This document shows positions 13,137 to 24,439 of a stretch of DNA of 64,000 nt, piece by piece. The notes beneath the pieces are model-generated. The model ran no database searches and was not told the origin of the DNA. It worked only from the letters and a program-made list of their open reading frames with translations. A program made the translations under genes and the position numbers. Within the stretch, counting starts at the first letter, position 1, and every line of letters starts with the position of its first letter. Source of the stretch: Lama glama (Eukaryota); NCBI GenBank assembly GCA_028534125.1, contig CM052817.1, forward strand, positions 5,024,001 through 5,088,000. Reading direction: 5' to 3'.

Positions 13137-13286
13137 ATGCCGCCCCAGCTGCTCCCCCTGCTGCTGCTGCTCCTGGCCGGCCCCCCCGCCGCGCGGCCGG
13201 CTCCCCCGACCTGCTACTCCAGGATGCTGGCCCTGAGCCGGGAGATCACCGCCGACTTCCAGAGCCTGCAGGCCACCGAGCCCTCG
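13137..13286 (+). CDS. CYTL1: CYTL1 coding exon 1 (signal peptide + PPTCYSR...EPS)
   Basis: ATG at 13137 in GCACCATG context; 150 nt; donor TCG|GTGAGT at 13287. Confidence 0.96.
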
Positions 13287-16200
13287 GTGAGTGCCCTGGG
13301 ATCCACCCGAGGCCCGAGGCCCGGGAGGTCTGTGCAGACCCAGCTCTCGAAACTTGCCTTCGGACCAGAAGGAAAAAAGCGCTAGTTTTCTTTGCTGGTC
13401 AATGTTAATTTCAGGGGTATCTGTGCCTTATTCCATCCTCTGGAATACTATGCCAATGGTTTGCACTTCCTTTGAAACACAAGGAAAATATGGTCAAAGA
13501 CATCATAGTTTTGTTTATAACTAGCTAGCGGATAACTGTTGTAAAATTAAAAAAAAAATAAAGAGAGGGAGAGAGTCTACATAGAGTCTACAAAGAACAA
13601 AGAATTAAGCTTTTTTTAGTCTCTCCACTAGCCAGCACACGCTAAGGGGGTGACGCCTAGAACAGGCCCCACCCCTTACTTGCTTAGGACCCTGGCCAAA
13701 TTATCCAGCCCCGAATCTGAGCATCCTCAGCTCTGAGAGGGGATGGCTGAGCCCCTTCAGCCTCTTCAGGCGGCTGGAGAGTCGAAGGCTGGGTGCAGAC
13801 ACACCTCGCCCAGCAGAGCCCGCGCAGGGGAGACCCCACTGTGTTCTCACCACTGTGTTAAGAAGGAGACCCAGGGGGCTGGGAGTGGGGAGTCCCAGAG
13901 CAACCACCCAGGACCAGAATCCGGCCTCCTGGCTGCTTATCCAGGGTAGAAACAAAATGAATTAAACTTAAAAGCTCCAGCAAAATTTAAGTGTCCTTCC
14001 CCGCTTGGGAGCACTTTAAATAAAATGCACATTTCCCAGACGTCCCAGGCTCATGATGCCCTAACAGTGCCTTTGTATTTTCTCTTTTAAAGTTAAATAA
14101 TGGGTATTTTTTTCAAATTATGAAAGTCATATACTTTGCAAATGGTTGGAAAAGGCACAAAAGACAAAGAAGAAAGTAAATATTACTGCAAGCCTACCAC
14201 CTAGAGGCGGCTGCGTCTGTCACACGCGGCAGCCGGAATTTCCGCTCTCTGTGTGGGCTGATGGCGTGCGTGCGTGCGTGCGTGCGTGCATGTGTGCATG
14301 TGTAGACAGACTGGGTCAGACAGCACAGCGGTTTTGTGATTTGCCTTTTAATGACACCGTCAAATAAATTAATCTTCCTTTGTAACAACGCTTGGTTGTA
14401 CCGTTGCACTCCGATTTATCCACAGATTCCTTGCTATTGAATACGTAGAGCCATCACCTTTTTTAAAAAATATGTTTTTAAAGCTGAAAAAATGCATAAG
14501 CTCAGAACTGCAGGGCTGGAAGGAAGTGGAGAGATTCTGTGTTCTAACTCTCTGATCTCACCCCTGGGACACCGAGTCCCAAAGAGGAGGGAGACCTACT
14601 CCAGGTCACACAGGGAATTTCTGGTCCGGCAGGACCAGAATCTGGGTCTTCTGGCCTTCAGGCCAGCGTAGAAGCAAAAGTGAAGTGTAGTAACATAAAA
14701 GTATACACATATATACACTTGTACATTACTATACACTGTATATTGCTGTGTCTAGATTACAGCTATCAGACCGTTTAAACACACACATAGATGCATATAT
14801 AGATACAGGTAGGTGTCTATATAGGAGTGTGTGTCATAAATATATATATATATATATATAAAACTGTTCCCTAACTTATAGTAAATGCTAAAATGATTGC
14901 GTTCTAAAAGTCAAATTCTAGTTTTTGGGGGGCAGCCATCACGGAAAACAGTGTGGAGTTTCCTTAAAAAACTGAAAATAGACTTACCCTATGATCCAGC
15001 AATCCCACTCCTGGGCATGTATCTAGAGGAAACTCTAATTCTAAAAGATACACGCACCCCAGTGTTATTTAGCAGTACTAGTTACAATAGCCAAGATGTG
15101 GAAGCTACCTAAATGTCCTCAACAGATGACTGGGTAAAGAAGTTGTGGTATTTATACACCCCCCCATATATATAGGAATACTACCCAGCCATGAAAAAGA
15201 ATAATGCCGTTGGCAGCAACATGAATGGACCTAGAAATTATCATACTGAGTGAAGTAAGTCAGACAGAGAAAGACAAATACCATATGATATCACTTATCT
15301 GTGTAATCTTTAAAAAAAGGACACAAATAAACTTATTTACAAAACAGACGGAATCACAAACATAGAAAACAGACTTATGGTTATCAGGGAGGAGTGGGGA
15401 GGGATAAATTGGGAGCTTGAGATTTGCAGATACACACTACTATATATAAAACCGATAAACAACAAGAACCTACTGTACAGCACAGGGAACTATATTCAGT
15501 ATCTTGTAATGGCCTATAATGAAAAACAATATTAAAAGGAATATATATGTGCATAAATGAATCACTGTACTGCACACCAGAAATTAATACAACATTATAA
15601 ATCAACTATACTTCAATTAAAAAAAAGAAAAACTCTTTAAAACTTAAAGTCAAATTCTAGAAGAGCAGTTTGCCTTGAAGGACTGTGGCATGAGCTACAA
15701 GAAAGTACCATGCGTGTCGGCATCAAGGAGGGCCCCGGGGATCTGGGGCTGGTCTGGCAGCTGATGGGTTGGCAGGGAGCCTTCTATGACCAGGCGGAGG
15801 ATGTGTCCCTGTGGGCATCAAGGCAACCTGTATCCCTTTCTGCAGGAGCCATGTGTGAGATACCTGCCCAGACTGTACCTGGATATACACGTAAGAGGGG
15901 CCTGCCTGCCTGGGGGAGGCATGGGGGCGGGGAGGGCTCCTGTGCAGAAGGACCAGGAGTCCCCAGCCGTGGCTACGGACTTCTCCCGTGAGACCCCTCC
16001 CTGTCGTCCATTCCCAGAATTACTGTGTGCTGGCCAAGCTGCGGGACTTTGCGGCATCGCCCCAGTGTTGGAAAGTGCCCCAAGCGGATGCCCTGAAGGA
16101 GAAAGTGAGGAAACTGTACACCATCATGAACTCGTTCTGCAGGAGGGTAAGTGCCACCAAGGAAAATTCTTTTTCTACTTGTTATCAGCCAAGACTTTAA

Positions 16201-17495
16201 GAGAAGGGTTAGGGAAGAGGGGGGCGTGGAGGAGGAAGAGAAGTAGTTATGGGGTGCTTCCAGTTCACAGAGCCCTTCCTCAGCCCTGCTGGCCTTGGTA
16301 AGGGATGGGGACTCGGGACAAGGCTCCTCACCAACACCAGCTCCACGTTGCCTGGGGGACGACCCCCAGCACCACATGCCAACCATATAGGACAGACTCA
16401 GCCGGGAGCCTAATAGGGCGGGGATATGGGGAGAGGGCTGTGGAATTCTGAGAACTCCCGGAGGCCCAGGGTCAAGAAGACTTCCTGGGAGGTGGTTTCG
16501 TGCACTCTGTGATGGGAGGGTTCTGGCAGGAGAGGGGAAGAGACAGGAAGCGCAGAGAATCAGCGCTAGTTAAGATGGAGAAAGTAGTCATGTGGTCCTT
16601 GGGGCACAGGCTTCAGCATCATGCAGAGCTGAGCTCCTGTCTTCATCTCCCTGCCTCCCACGTTGTGAGCGTCCCCTCAGCTCTCCGAGCCACAGTTTCC
16701 ACTTCGTGATAGTGCCCATCTCATGAGGCCATTGGGAAGATACCACACTTACTCCCTGACCGTGTGTGCGGTGGGCACTGTAGTAACTCCCTTGGTCCTA
16801 AGTACCCTGGCAAGGTGACCACAGAGAATCCCTAGAACCAGGCCTGGCCCAGGACAGTCTAAGAAGTAGCTATTAAGCTTTTTAGTTTTAAGTTTTATTA
16901 AGATTTCTTTGTCACTATGCATCAAAGATTAGACATGCTTTTCCTCCCACACCCACTTCCCTCCTCATTCCCCTCTCCCCTTGGTCGTGATGGGGAGGCA
17001 GGAAGAAAACACAGTTGGAAGTACGGTACAGTCTGAGCAGCACTGTTATTGACGCTGAAGCGTCTGAAGGTGAGATCGAGTGCTGTCACTCATGGCACCC
17101 CCAGTGCCCGGCCCAGGGTTGCTCCTCAGTGATTGAAGCTTGTTTATTCAGTGACTTCCTCACCCATCTATCTTTCTCCCTATCTGGTCGACCAGTGTAT
17201 GCATGAATTCAGTAATAAAGGGATATGTGAGATCCTACAGGAACTTGAAGAAAGATGTGACCAGCTCTCCTTAGGGGGATGAATGATGGGAAGGTTCCCC
17301 ACACAGGGGAACAACCGAACAGGCTTTGAGGATAAGCAGGAGCTCTACACTTGTGCGTGGGCTCTGTGGCCGCCTTCAGTGACACCCCTGCTCGTTGCAC
17401 GTCTTTTCCAGGATCTGGTGTTCCTGTCGGATGACTGCAATGCCCTGGAATACCCAGTCCTAGTGAGCGCGGGCCTGCCAGCTCATCAGCGCTAA
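13137..17495 (+). CDS. CYTL1: CYTL1 (cytokine-like protein 1, C17), spliced CDS join(13137..13286,15846..15890,16018..16146,17412..17495), 135 aa secreted protein
   Basis: Joined translation MPPQLLPLLLLLLAGPPAARPAPPTCYSRMLALSREITADFQSLQATEPS/EPCVRYLPRLYLDIH/NYCVLAKLRDFAASPQCWKVPQADALKEKVRKLYTIMNSFCRR/DLVFLSDDCNALEYPVLVSAGLPAHQR* matches my recollection of mammalian CYTL1. Leu-rich signal peptide, six Cys (26, 53, 68, 82, 106, 117), canonical GT-AG at all junctions. Confidence 0.97.
14922..15645 (+). mobile_element. 5'-truncated young L1 in CYTL1 intron 1 (sense)
   Basis: ORF2 C-terminal remnant ([21 protein letters not shown]), 3' UTR and A-tail; perfect 15-bp TSD AAAGTCAAATTCTAG at 14907-14921 and 15646-15660. 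Confidence 0.93.
15846..15890 (+). CDS. CYTL1: CYTL1 coding exon 2 (EPCVRYLPRLYLDIH)
   Basis: Acceptor TCCCTTTCTGCAG|GAG; 45 nt; donor CAC|GTAAGA. Confidence 0.96.
16018..16146 (+). CDS. CYTL1: CYTL1 coding exon 3 (NYCVL...SFCRR)
   Basis: Acceptor CCATTCCCAG|AAT; 129 nt; donor AGG|GTAAGT. Confidence 0.96.
17412..17495 (+). CDS. CYTL1: CYTL1 coding exon 4 (DLVFLSDDCNALEYP...HQR-stop)
   Basis: Acceptor GTCTTTTCCAG|GAT; 84 nt ending TAA at 17493-17495. Confidence 0.96.
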   Translation, partial: DLVFLSDDCNALEYPVLVSAGLPAHQR

Positions 17496-18028
17496 GGCAG
17501 CGCAGACCAGAGGGAACCCAAGGGGCCGAAGTTACGCCAGCTGCCCAGACACAGTGGGCCAAGGCCGCGGCCCCTTGAGTCTCCCTGAGGTTGTTACGTG
17601 TCTCTCCACCTTTTGGGAAGCAGGGCCTGTGCTCCTACCCTGGAACCAATTTTGAACATAGTTAGAAGCCTTGCTTTTCGCCCGCCTTGGTTTTGTCTCG
17701 CCAGGGTGGTTAGACACACAGGGACGTGTATTTGGTCACTAAGAAGGAAAGGGCTGACCAGCTTCTCTTCGCTTCTCTTTGATGAACAACTAGCTTGAGA
17801 ACAAGCAAAACAGAATGTTTGTAGTATGACTTAAATGGAGTAGTGGTACCATTTTTCTTTCTTGATAGAAACCTGCTTACATTTAACCAAGTTTCTATTT
17901 TATACCCCACTACAAATTTTTCTTACAGTTATCTTTCATTTTTAAAGAAATTTCACTGCCTGTAAGATGTATTTGCAAGGTTCATAATTACATAGTGCTA
18001 ACGGAACCACTCTTTCATTGAAAGATCA

Positions 18029-18034
18029 AATAAA
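18029..18034 (+). terminator. Probable CYTL1 polyadenylation signal AATAAA
   Basis: First AATAAA I see after the stop (~535 nt downstream), preceded by a U-rich 3' UTR segment (17810-17950). Confidence 0.7.
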
Positions 18035-19166
18035 GACTATCTTGACAGTGAGAAACACGTGTCCTGCTGAATTGGTCCAAGGTGCTCACTGCATGCTGTC
18101 TGCAAGTTGCTGCTTTCAGCAAGATGCATCTTCCTCCCTCTGTCCATCAAGCACAGGTGTTTCTGGGTCTGCTTCAGTCGCCCTGTGTGAATGTCTGTCC
18201 TTAAAGTACTAGGAGATGCTCTGATCTGTGTTTGGGGACAGGCTGTACGCGTGGCAGCCTAGTACCTGACACTTAACACAAACATCAATCCACTGAGTCC
18301 TCATGACAACCCTAGGAATGGACGTCATAGGAGGCTGAGGCTCATGTAGACTAGGTAACTAGCCTCAGGTCACCAGCTGGTAAATGGGAAGCCTAGACTG
18401 AACTCAAAGGCTCCAAGGCCCACACTCTCCCCATCTTCTCCAGCCCACAACGATCACTCTTTCAAGGAATAACCCCTTCATAAAGGAAAATTATGCAACA
18501 ACTAACCCTTTGTTACCCACCCCCCAGCATCTACCCCTTCCTGACAGATGATGAGTGTGGAGGCACATGCCCGGCACATGCCTGGCACACGCCACGCACC
18601 ACACAGTGAAGCAGCCTTTGGGTAGGTGGGTGTTTTCCATGCCAATCTGCAGTGCAGGCAACACACTCGGGTTCAGAGGTTAAGCGACTTCCTGAGAGAG
18701 CAGATAAGTTGCGGCAAAGGGGCTCCAGATAAACATACAAGTGCTGGGCGTGTTCACGCCACGGCTCTGCTAGTCGTGGCCATCTCTAGGTAGCAGAATA
18801 ACCCAGCAGAGGCAAGGACTGACTTACACATTTCGGGCATTAATTGTTTATGCATTTCTTCCACATTTACTGAGTGCTTATTATGAATTCAGAACTAAAG
18901 AATTCTTCCCCTTAGTTTAGCGGAGAAGACATATGCAACATCAAGGAGACGACAGAGGGAAGAGAAAGTAATTCTGCTTCAGATGGGGCGGAAAGTCTTC
19001 TTAGAGGATTCAGAATTTGAACAAAGTCTTGAAATATGACTGGGAACGTGTTATGATGAAAAGGAGTGGAGGCAGGAGATACAGCACAGCCAGAGGCAGG
19101 GAGACTTCTAAATGGTGAATGGTGCATGGTTGAGAATGTAGTGGGGTCAGAATGTAAACAGTGTGT

Positions 19167-20497
19167 GGTCAGAATGGCCACAAACGATAAACGCTGGAGA
19201 CGGTGTGGAGAAAAGGGAACCTTCCCGCACTGTTGGTGGAAAGGTAAGTTGGTGCAGCCATTATGGAAAACAGCATGAAGATTCCTTAAAAAAGTGAAAA
19301 TAGAATTACCTAATGATCCAGCAATCCCACTCCTGGGCATATATCCCGAGGGAACTCTAATTCAAAAAGATACATGCGCCCCAATGTTCATGGCAGCACT
19401 ATTTACAGTAGCCCAGACATGGAAGCAACCCAAATGTCCATGACAGATGGCTGGATAAAGAAGCTGTGGTATCTAAATGTACTGGAATATACTAGAATAC
19501 TGCTCAGCCATAAAAAAAGAATAAAATAATGCCACTTGCAGCAACATGGATGGACCTGGAGATCATCATACTAAGTGAAGTGAGCCAGAAGGAGTAAGGA
19601 AAATACCATGATGTCACTCACATGTGGAATCTTTAAAAAACACACAAACGAACTTATTTACAAAACAGAAGCAGACTCACAGACATAGAAAACCAGCCTG
19701 TGGTTACTAAGGGGAAAAGGTGGGGTGAAGGGACAAATTGGGAGTTTGGGATTTGCAGGTACTAACTACTATATATAAAATAGACAAACAGCAAGGACCT
19801 ACTATACAGCACAGGGAACTATATTCAATACCTTGTAATGTTGCAACAAAGTGTGTTACAGCTCAGTGCTACAGCTCAGTTGTGAGGGCAACCTGGATGC
19901 GGGCGAGAGACCAAGCAGCACTTGGAGGGTTGGAGAACTCAGGTTTATTATGCTGCCGGGCCCAGAGAGTTAACATTCCAAGCTCTGGACCCCATCTGTA
20001 CGTTTATACAGGCTTTTATAAGCTGCCAGTCTACACTTTGCAACATGATATGTAAATAAGGTGTAACAAAATTGACTAATTAGGAACAAGCTTTATAGAA
20101 ATGGACCAATCAGGAGTTAGCTCAGGGAACCAATAGAATCTTTGGGGTAAGATCCACTTTCCTAGAAGTAAGCCATTTTAGAGGCAAAAAGCAAGATAAT
20201 GCAGCTGGGCCAGGGTACCAGATGGTGCTGGCAAGAGAGTAGTGGCCCTGCCTGGGGGTCCTGCCGGTTTTATTCATGGGGCTTCCCAACTCATTAATGG
20301 CCTATAATGAAAAAGAATATGAAAAGGAACATATATATAAATATATATATATATAAATTATATGTATATATTTTTTGTATATATATGTATATAAATAAAT
20401 GAATCACTGTGCTGTACACCAGAAATTACTACAACATTCTAAGTTGGCTATACTTCAATAAAATAAGCAAATAAACAAACAAATAAATAAAAATAGA
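19167..20497 (+). mobile_element. 5'-truncated L1 carrying a nested LTR
   Basis: ORF2 end ([10 protein letters not shown]...) and 3' UTR split at 19838/20294. Degenerate 18-bp TSD AGAATGTAAACAGTGTGT (19149-19166) / AGAATATAAATGGTGTGT (20498-20515). Confidence 0.88.
19839..20293 (-). mobile_element. Solo ERV LTR (455 bp, probably ERV1-class) nested in L1 3' UTR
   Basis: TG...CA termini; 4-bp TSD GTAA/TTAA; minus-strand TATAAAA (20014-20020) upstream of AATAAA (19944-19949); CCAAT boxes ~20106 and ~20130. Confidence 0.85.
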
Positions 20498-21489
20498 AGA
20501 ATATAAATGGTGTGTATTATGCTGAAGCCACCAGGTTCAGGCAGGCAGACTGTGTCTGTCCTGACCCCAGTTGTGTAATAATCAGGGTCACATAAAGGAG
20601 AATCCTTTTCTAGTCAGAAATATTGGGACCCAATGGTTGGAAGTTGTCAGTTCCTGAAGAGGTCTCTTTGTCTTGGCTTCAAAAATATAACAGAATGAGG
20701 GCACTGCTCCTCTCCATGGGAACCAGCCCACTGTCAGGCCAGACATTTGGGTACCACCTTGGGCTCCTTCGCCTTCTTTCTCCGCAGCCGACTGGTCAGC
20801 CCCATCTTCTTCACACCTCTTACCTTCTTCATTTGCTCTTTATCACCTCAACATTAGCTCAAAACCCTCTCAGAACACGACATCCAGCCTTTGCCCAGGA
20901 CTCCATCCTCTGATAAGCCTCATCCCACCATTAGCTCTTTTTGTCCCAAGTGATAGTCTGGTGATCACTGGTCCTTCTCCCCTAAGGCTTCCCCCTCAGA
21001 AGGGGATTTTTTCCCCCTCACGTGCTTGTTAGTCATTAGAACCTATGTTCTTTCTTCAACTGATTTAATCACCTAGTGAAACCAGTCAGAGCCCCTTACT
21101 AGCTGTGTGCCGATGGTTAATTTACTCAGTCACTTTGTGCCTCAGTCTTCTCAACTGTAAGATGAGGATGATGATAAAAACTTCATATGTTTGTTTGGGA
21201 GATAATACAAATTGATCTGTTTAAAGCACTTACAATGTCTGGCCTATAGCACTAATTAGTTCTAATTAGCTCTGACAGCAAAAGCAAATGCAGCAGTTGC
21301 TTAAGAACTTAACTTACAAACTTCTCAAAAACTTCAAAAACTTTTTTAAACTATGAGCTCCTGTTCATCAGAGGAATTGCAGTACCGAAGTCTGTGCAAT
21401 TCCTCTTTCAAGATGAAGTCAGAATTTGAGATGAACTCTTCTCCTGGCCTCCCACCTGGACACAGCAGTGGCTCCCTGCCCTGGGTCCC

Positions 21490-22115
21490 AACTTCCTTCT
21501 CTCTGCCTCCAAGTCCGTCCTCCACCACCAGCCAGAGCCGTGTCTCTAAAGCTCAAAACTACTTCTGTGATCTCTCTGCCTGGTGTCCACACTGGCTCCT
21601 CATGAGGCTCACCTGATCTGGCCTTGGCCTTCTCTGACCCCCACCACATGCACACATATACCCATACCCTTAGGTGTTTCATCTCAGTATTTCCTGAATG
21701 TTCACATCTTTTCAGACCTCCATGGCTAAGCACACGTTGAGCTGTTTTTCTTGGAAATCTGTAGAATTCTTCCTTTCTCTCAAGTGTGACTTGTCCTCCT
21801 TTTAAAACATCAATTAGTCCATGCCCTTCCCCTGTTGAAAACCTTTCTTTGGCTTCCCATTTTGAATGAAATTTGGAGCTCTCACCTTGGTCTAGAAAGA
21901 CCTTATTTACTGTCACCGACTTCAGTAAAGCATTCTATGACACTGCGGTGGCTGATCATAGGTTCTTTGGTTTATTTGTTTATTCTATGTCTCTCCCACT
22001 AGACCGTGAGCTCCAGGAAGGCAGGGACCCTGCCTTTTGGTTTCATTGTTTTTTTCCTCTGCACCTAGCACTGTGCCTGACACTTAGGAGGTGCTCGGCA
22101 ACTATAATTTGGATA
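21490..22115 (+). mobile_element. L2 LINE 3' fragments
   Basis: CACTAGACCGTGAGCTCCAGGAAGGCAGGGAC...CCTAGCACTGTGCCTGACAC L2 terminus. Confidence 0.6.
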
Positions 22116-22326
22116 TTTATGGAGACTGGATACAGCTGACTGGGAAGACTAAGAAAAGTCAACAGTTGAGATCTAGCAATTCCAAGTGGTCTGCTCCCAC
22201 TCTTTCTCCATAAGGTATATCCTACTCACACACTCATACAGCCGCGGAGGCCTGGTTCCCATGTTTTCAGGAAATGCCAATTCTCACTACTGGTTTGGTC
22301 AACTTCAAAACCCAGTTTCTCTTCCT

Positions 22327-22327
22327 T

Positions 22328-22375
<48 letters not shown>

Positions 22376-22376
22376 A
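22327..22376. repeat. Compound (CT)n(CA)n microsatellite
   Basis: Directly visible. Confidence 0.95.
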
Positions 22377-23128
22377 GACCCACCTCTTGAAGGCAGTCAT
22401 TCTCACAGGGCCCTGACCAAGCTCTTCCATAGAACATCACTATCTGGACTGGAGCCAGAAGCACAGACCTGAACAAAACCCTAATCTTTCCTTCCTGGGT
22501 CACCTAAAAGCTCAGTTATCAGTCTAGGGTATCTTGGAGCAATCTGGCTGCAGAGATCACTATTGCACTTTCACACCCAGGGGCAATTTAGACCAACTGA
22601 GAATTATTAGGCAAAAATTCTCATAGTTTAAGCCTCATTGATTTGCAAAAAGTGCTAATAATGTGAAAGCACCTTCTGCATTTGCAGACTGTTCAGGTCC
22701 AAACCGAGCCAGATCAAGAACTCCCAGGACAGAGTAAGGAACTGCCCTGAAATCAATTAAGTGTTGGAGGAGAAAAAGAAAGAACAGAAAAATAAATATG
22801 AAAACAAATGTATGCATGTATGTGCATGACTGGGCCATAGTGCTGTATACCAGAAATTAACACATTGTAACTGACGGTCCTTCAATCAAAAAAAAAGAAG
22901 AAAAATAGAGCACAATTATGCAGAAAATGGCCCAGTCAGCAGTCATAACTTAGGTTACATTCCCTCACAGTGAAGGTATCCTGGGCATTATTTGGGAATT
23001 GGATATGTATTTCTAAAATGTTTGTAATCAATTTCCTAAAAGGCAGCTCTACTTATTTTTCAAGAATTTTCTCGCTGCCACACAAAATAAACTTGCTCAA
23101 GTTATTGCTTTTTAATTCACTTCATCTT

Positions 23129-24020
23129 TTTCCTTTTGTTTTGGTTTTGGTTTTGTGTTTTGGTTTTTTATTGAAGTTTAGTCAGTTTACAATGTGTGTC
23201 AATTTCTGGTGTACAGCATCGTGTTTCAGTCACACATGTACATACACATATTCCTTTGCATGTTCTTTTTCATTACAGATTACCACAAGATAGCAAATAT
23301 AGTTCCCTGTGCTATGCAGTAGAAACCTGTTGTTTATCTATTTTATATATAGTCCTTAGCATCTGTACATCTCCCATTCCTAATTTATCCCTTCCCACTC
23401 CGTTTCCCCACTGGTAACCATAAGTTTGTTCTCTATGTCTGTGAATCTGTTTATTTTGTAAATAAGTTCATTTGTGTTCTTTTTTAGATTCCACATATAA
23501 GTGATAGCATATGGTATTTTTCTTTCTCTTTCTGGCTTACTTCACTTAGAATGCAATCTCCAGGTCCATTGATGTTGCTGCAAATGGCATTATTTTATCC
23601 TTTTTTATGGCTGAGTAGTATTCCATTATATATACCACAACTTCTTTATCCAGTCATCTGTTGATGGACATTTAGGTTGTTTCCATGTCTTGGCTATGGT
23701 AAATAGTGCTGCTATGAACATTGGGGTGCATGTATCTTTTCAAATTAGAGCTCCCTCTGGATATAAGCCCAGGAGTGGGATTGCTGGATCATATGGTAAG
23801 TCTATTTTTAGTTTTTTGAGGAATCTCCATGCTGTTTTCCATAATGGCAGTACCAAACTACAGTCCCACCAGCAGTGTAAGAGGGTTCCCTTTTCTCTAC
23901 ACCCTCTCCAGCATTTATTCTGATCTGTGTGAGGTGATACATCATTGTGGTTTTGATTTGATTTGATTTCTCTGATAATTAGTGCTATCGACCATTTTTT
24001 CATGTGATTATTGGCCTTGT
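23129..24020 (-). mobile_element. 5'-truncated young L1
   Basis: Minus-strand ORF2 C-terminus (CWRGCREKG...[13 protein letters not shown]), T-rich tail at left; 13-bp TSD TTCACTTCATCTT at 23116-23128 and 24021-24033. Confidence 0.92.
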
Positions 24021-24439
24021 TTCACTTCATCTTGATCCCAGGGCTTCAGCATCCACCCAGCTGAAGATACTGTAAACCTGGAAGACGTTCCTTCCTCAGA
24101 AAATGGGCTCAGATTGCTGCCATTGTCACAGCATTGGGCATCCTTCCTTTGGCCCACAGTTTTACAGACATTCTGAGCTTGTCAATCACTCAGCTCCAGA
24201 GGGGCAGGATCTGGAGTTGTGCTGTGACATTGTATATTGATGCTCCAAGATACTCTTAGTTTATTGATGATAACTTCTTAAGTATGTGGAGAACTTTGGA
24301 ACTGAGAAAATATTTTCATGTCTGTTCCTCCCTTTGTTAACTTTAGCTCTGATGCCAACACTGGAGGATGGGTGGGTTAGGACAGTTCATCTCCATTTAT
24401 AGATTTAAAAGCAAATCTTCAATTAAATACCCTATGTAA

